Positions 48,713-51,808 of a stretch of 51,808 bases of DNA are shown here, one piece after another. Under the pieces are notes generated by a model. It saw only the letters and a list, made by a program, of their open reading frames with translations, did no database searches and was not told where the DNA came from. This stretch comes from Candidatus Firestoneibacteriota bacterium (GTDB lineage Bacteria > Oederibacteriota > D2-FULL-39-29 > JBBTED01). The position numbers and the translations under genes are program-made. Positions within the stretch are counted from its first letter, which is position 1; each line of letters starts with the position of its first letter. Location of the stretch: positions 1-51,808 of the forward strand of contig JBBTED010000163.1 in assembly GCA_038042445.1 (NCBI GenBank). The letters are read 5' to 3'.

Positions 48713-50074
48713 TTATTGTGTTTCTTGTGTCAATTTTGGATATATTTCCGGTAATACCACAACAATTGCGGCTAAAAACCAGAAAGGTTCCATAATTCGT
48801 ATGAGAATAAAAGTTTCACAGGATAATGACTGTATTAAGAGTCCTGTTAAACCGGCAATAAAACCTAAACTTAATCCCTGTGCAAAATTATAACCTTTGC
48901 AAATTTTAAATGTCTTCCATGCTGATTTATATAGCATAATTATTAGCCAACTCCATACTATAAAGCCTATAATACCTGTTTCTCTTAATACTCTAATGTA
49001 TTGATTATCTCCTACTGCACCAAATCCAGGGACACCATATCCTAATAAAGGACGTTTATACCATTTTTCAAGGGAACCTCTTACTGCATCAAGTCTGGCT
49101 ATGATAGCTTCGTCAAGTTGTAATTCTTTTCCAAATATAGCATAGGTTCGTACATATGTAAATGTGGATTTTACACGATATTTAGCTTCTTTGGGAATGA
49201 GAGAAGGAATTAATAATATACTTATTATTAATATTCCTAAGAGCATATATTTTGCTTTTTTAGTCAAAGCCACCATAGATATATACATTGGATAAAAACC
49301 TATCCATGCTCCTCGTGAAAAAGTGAAGATGAAAGGTAGTATTATAAAAGACAGGAGTCCTGAAAGTACAACTCGTTGTATTAATGATTTAGAATAAATT
49401 GCAAGTGCAGTAATTATTGCCATCATTAGAAGTAAATATCCTGCTAATGTATTTGCTTCACCTTCTTTACCTTCAAAAGGCGCGCTTACTCTTCTAAAAC
49501 TTCCGAAATGAAGATGTTCCCACCATGCATATATAGCTACTACCAAGCAGGTTAGTAATAAGCAACGGATAAATAGTTTAATCTGGTTTATATCGTGGAT
49601 ATTATTGACGACTATAAAGAAAAGCAAAAAATATTCTATATATTTTAGATTATAAAAAATACTCTGGATTATTTTCCCTTCGCCTGCTATGAGTCCAATA
49701 CAGGTACTTACTATACATATAAAAATATACACAAGAATAGGAAAATTAAGTGGGGTGTGTTTAAGTAATCCAAGTTTTTTAAATACTGCCATTTTAGCAA
49801 ACCAGCCAAATGAAATTACAAGGAGGAAGATATCATCTATTCTTAGTGCTACTTCTCTGGATGTTATTGCTCCAGCTTTTAATTCTGGAGATAGAAGCAT
49901 AGAAAAAATTAAAATAATTAAAGCTACATCAGTATTTAAAAAAGTAATTATAAGTACAATAGATGCGAGAAAAATGATAAGAGGAAGTTGGGATGTTGTT
50001 TCAGTAATAATGAAGCTTGCAATGATAACAAGAAACAATATAAAAATTACAATAATTGTATTAAACCGTTCCAT
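48713..50074 (-). CDS. O-antigen ligase/Wzy polymerase-like membrane protein
   Basis: About 12 TM helices; R....F..E.N.L.GY, TFSRG.W, P.LG.G, N.Y...L.E.GIIG. Confidence 0.85.
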   Translation of the reverse strand: MERFNTIIVIFILFLVIIASFIITETTSQLPLIIFLASIVLIITFLNTDVALIILIFSMLLSPELKAGAITSREVALRIDDIFLLVISFGWFAKMAVFKKLGLLKHTPLNFPILVYIFICIVSTCIGLIAGEGKIIQSIFYNLKYIEYFLLFFIVVNNIHDINQIKLFIRCLLLTCLVVAIYAWWEHLHFGSFRRVSAPFEGKEGEANTLAGYLLLMMAIITALAIYSKSLIQRVVLSGLLSFIILPFIFTFSRGAWIGFYPMYISMVALTKKAKYMLLGILIISILLIPSLIPKEAKYRVKSTFTYVRTYAIFGKELQLDEAIIARLDAVRGSLEKWYKRPLLGYGVPGFGAVGDNQYIRVLRETGIIGFIVWSWLIIMLYKSAWKTFKICKGYNFAQGLSLGFIAGLTGLLIQSLSCETFILIRIMEPFWFLAAIVVVLPEIYPKLTQETQ

Positions 50075-50080
50075 AGATAT

Positions 50081-51424
50081 TTATATAACTTTAATAATTT
50101 TGTTGCTAATTATGTTTTTTGTGGCATTTCGTGTATCAAATACAAGTTTGCTGTTTTTTACTAAATAGTTGTAATTATAACGGGTGTGGTCTGTGGCAAT
50201 AAGTATTGCATCGTATTTATATAGATTTTTATAATTAAGTTTTGTGGAATTAAAAATTTTATTTTTAATTTTTACTTTTGGAATATATGGGTCATTAAAA
50301 TCAACAGGAATATTTTTATCTAATAAAGCACTGAAGATTTTAAGTGAAGGGGATTCACGATAATCATTAACATTTTTTTTGTATGCAAGCCCTAATACTA
50401 ATATTCTTGCACTTTTAAACTGGACATTGCGAGAAATTAATTCTTTTTTTAATATTCGCACAACATAATTAGGCATTTCCTGATTTATTTTTACTGCTAA
50501 TTTTATAAATTTTGAATTGAACCCACTTTTTTTTGCTTTCCATATTAAATATAATGGGTCTAAAGGAATACAGTGTCCTCCTATTCCTATACCGGGATAA
50601 AATGGCATAAACCCATAAGGTTTAGTTGCAGCAGCAGAAATAACTTCCCAGATGTCTATATCCAATTTTTTGCAAAGCATTGCCATTTCATTTGCCAAAG
50701 CGATATTTACATTTCTAAATATGTTTTCAAACAGTTTTTCGGCTTCAGCAATTTCTGGTGAGGATACTTTTATCACTTTGTCAATAAATTGGCTATAGAA
50801 AAAATGTGCAAGATTAGTGCATTTTTGAGTAATACCTCCAACAATCTTAGGAGTATTTTTAGTATTAAATGCTTTATCACCTGGATTAATTCGTTCAGGT
50901 GAAAACGCCAGAAAATAATCTTTCCCAATAGATGGGCGTCTTGCCCCCTTTAGTAAGGGGGGTAGGGGGGATTTATTCAAAATTGGCAGTATCACTTGTC
51001 GCGTTGTGCCTGGATAAGTAGTGCTTTCAAGAATTATTAATTGACCTGAATGTAAATATTTTGCAATATTTTTTGTGGAATTGATGATGTCCGATATTGC
51101 TGGCTCATGATGCACATTTACAGGTGTAGGAACACATATACAAATTATATCAATATTGTGCAACTCATCAAAATTTGAAGTTGGAATTAATAGTTTTTTA
51201 TTTAATGCTTGTAAAATAGTGCTATCTTTGATGTCAGATATATAGCTTTTTCCATTTTTTATTTTTTTTATACGTTCATAGTTTATGTCAATACCAATAA
51301 CTTTATAGCCAGCTTTAGTTGCTGCAATTGCTAAAGATAGTCCAACATATCCTAAACCAAATATACCAATAGTTGCATTACGTTTTTTAATTTTATCAAC
51401 TAATTGGGCATATATATCACTCAT
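50081..51424 (-). CDS. UDP-N-acetylhexosamine 6-dehydrogenase (WbpA/WecC family)
   Basis: GLGYVG, ICVPTP, ESTTYPGTT, SPERI.PG, GGHCIP.DP, GLAYK..V.D.RESP. Confidence 0.93.
   Translation of the reverse strand: MSDIYAQLVDKIKKRNATIGIFGLGYVGLSLAIAATKAGYKVIGIDINYERIKKIKNGKSYISDIKDSTILQALNKKLLIPTSNFDELHNIDIICICVPTPVNVHHEPAISDIINSTKNIAKYLHSGQLIILESTTYPGTTRQVILPILNKSPLPPLLKGARRPSIGKDYFLAFSPERINPGDKAFNTKNTPKIVGGITQKCTNLAHFFYSQFIDKVIKVSSPEIAEAEKLFENIFRNVNIALANEMAMLCKKLDIDIWEVISAAATKPYGFMPFYPGIGIGGHCIPLDPLYLIWKAKKSGFNSKFIKLAVKINQEMPNYVVRILKKELISRNVQFKSARILVLGLAYKKNVNDYRESPSLKIFSALLDKNIPVDFNDPYIPKVKIKNKIFNSTKLNYKNLYKYDAILIATDHTRYNYNYLVKNSKLVFDTRNATKNIISNKIIKVI
50928..50974. repeat. Composite ATAG-type plus CCCCCTTT-type palindrome in-frame in the dehydrogenase (KSPLPPLLKGARRPSI)
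   Basis: ATAGATGGGCGTCTTGCCC runs into CCCCCTTTAGTAAGGGGGGTAGGGGGGATTT. Confidence 0.88.
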
Positions 51425-51432
51425 TATTTTAC

Positions 51433-51461
51433 ATTATAAGGATAAAAAAAAGTTCTTGCAA
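51433..51461 (-). promoter_or_regulatory. Sigma70-type promoter of the minus-strand polysaccharide operon
   Basis: On the minus strand: TTGCAA (51461-51456), 17-bp spacer, TATAAT (51438-51433), then 8 nt to the ATG at 51424. Confidence 0.75.
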
Positions 51462-51468
51462 GATAAAT

Positions 51469-51506
51469 AAATCCCCCTTTGACAAAGGGGGAAAGAGGGG
51501 GATTTT
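51469..51506. repeat. CCCCCTTT-type palindrome, intergenic
   Basis: TCCCCCTTT-GAC-AAAGGGGGAAAGAGGGGGATTT. Confidence 0.9.
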
Positions 51507-51513
51507 GAAAACA

Positions 51514-51529
51514 TGTGGAAATTTTCACA
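51514..51529. promoter_or_regulatory. Possible CRP/FNR-family binding site
   Basis: TGTGG-AAATTT-TCACA, one mismatch from TGTGA-N6-TCACA. Confidence 0.4.
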
Positions 51530-51540
51530 TATGATACCTG

Positions 51541-51808
51541 TGTAACGCCAAAGTGATAATGTCCTAAAATGGCAAAGTAGAAATGTCCTAATCTGGTATA
51601 GTACTGAATAAGGAGGTATTATGACAGAGAAAGGAATAATCAGAATGAGCCAGAAGGAATTATTACGGTTGCATGTCCTACATCAAGTATTTGATAAACA
51701 AATAAAGCAAAGGGAAGCAGCAGAAAAGCTAAAAATCAGTGAAAGGCAGATAAGGAGGATAGTAAAACGAGTACGTAAAGAAGGCGACGAAGGAATAATA
51801 CATAAACT
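51541..51808 (+). mobile_element. Left end of an ISNCY/IS1202-like insertion sequence (3'-truncated)
   Basis: Starts with TGT; two 19-bp sub-terminal direct repeats at 51549-51567 and 51573-51591 (16/19 identical); then SD and a transposase-like ORF. Confidence 0.7.
51621..51808 (+). CDS. ISNCY-family transposase, N-terminal HTH fragment (runs off the window)
   Basis: AAGGAGG SD; MTEKGIIRMSQKELLRLHVLHQVFDKQIKQREAAEKLKISERQIRRIVKRVRKEGDEGIIHK. Confidence 0.8.
   Translation, partial: MTEKGIIRMSQKELLRLHVLHQVFDKQIKQREAAEKLKISERQIRRIVKRVRKEGDEGIIHK

Noticed and set aside
20693..50761. Antisense ORFs overlapping well-supported genes (e.g. 20697-21107, 21400-21615, 43555-43992, 49689-50168)
   Set aside because: They overlap motif-bearing genes. 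Shared peptides such as RRLKPA and WIPAFAGMT are simply the palindromes read on the other strand.
51500..51540. dif/XerCD site next to the IS1202-like end
   Set aside because: No match to the XerD arm (TTATGTTAAAT-like) is visible.
1..51808. tRNA or rRNA genes
   Set aside because: Intergenic gaps are short and occupied by palindromes; no cloverleaf or rRNA-like sequence was seen.

Overview
AT-rich bacterial genomic window from what looks like a diderm (it encodes a PorV-like barrel, Wza and a lipoprotein). A non-Bacteroidetes lineage such as Elusimicrobiota or relatives is suspected, but this is inference only. The window has four parts. (1) 1-25563 (+): the 3' 18 kb of a giant surface-protein gene that is already open at base 1 (>6000 aa). 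It has 32 complete ~110-aa Ig-like repeats, a duplicated FN3-FN3-Trp-rich module, two lamin-tail domains and a C-terminal PQQ-type propeller. It is followed by a PQQ-propeller/2xZU5-like(HFS)/T9SS-CTD-like protein, an LPP20-like lipoprotein, a PorV-like barrel fused to LysM, and a DUF2723/TMEM260-like glycosyltransferase with TPRs. Together these look like a secretion, anchoring and glycosylation module for a giant protein. (2) 25630-36055 (+): nucleotidyltransferase, response regulator, HD-GYP, an unlisted 58-aa membrane protein, ExeA-like ATPase, hicBA, PIG-L deacetylase, WecA-like transferase, a coiled-coil protein, Wza and Wzc. (3) 36159-51424 (-): a convergent Wzx/Wzy polysaccharide synthesis operon that is rich in methyltransferases. 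(4) From about 51541: the left end of an ISNCY/IS1202-like element. Across 18-51.5 kb there are about 30 short palindromic REP-like elements of at least three families. They fill most intergenic gaps, nest in one another, supply stop codons, and are translated in-frame inside signal peptides, linkers and loops. All family assignments come from motif recognition by eye; no searches were run.
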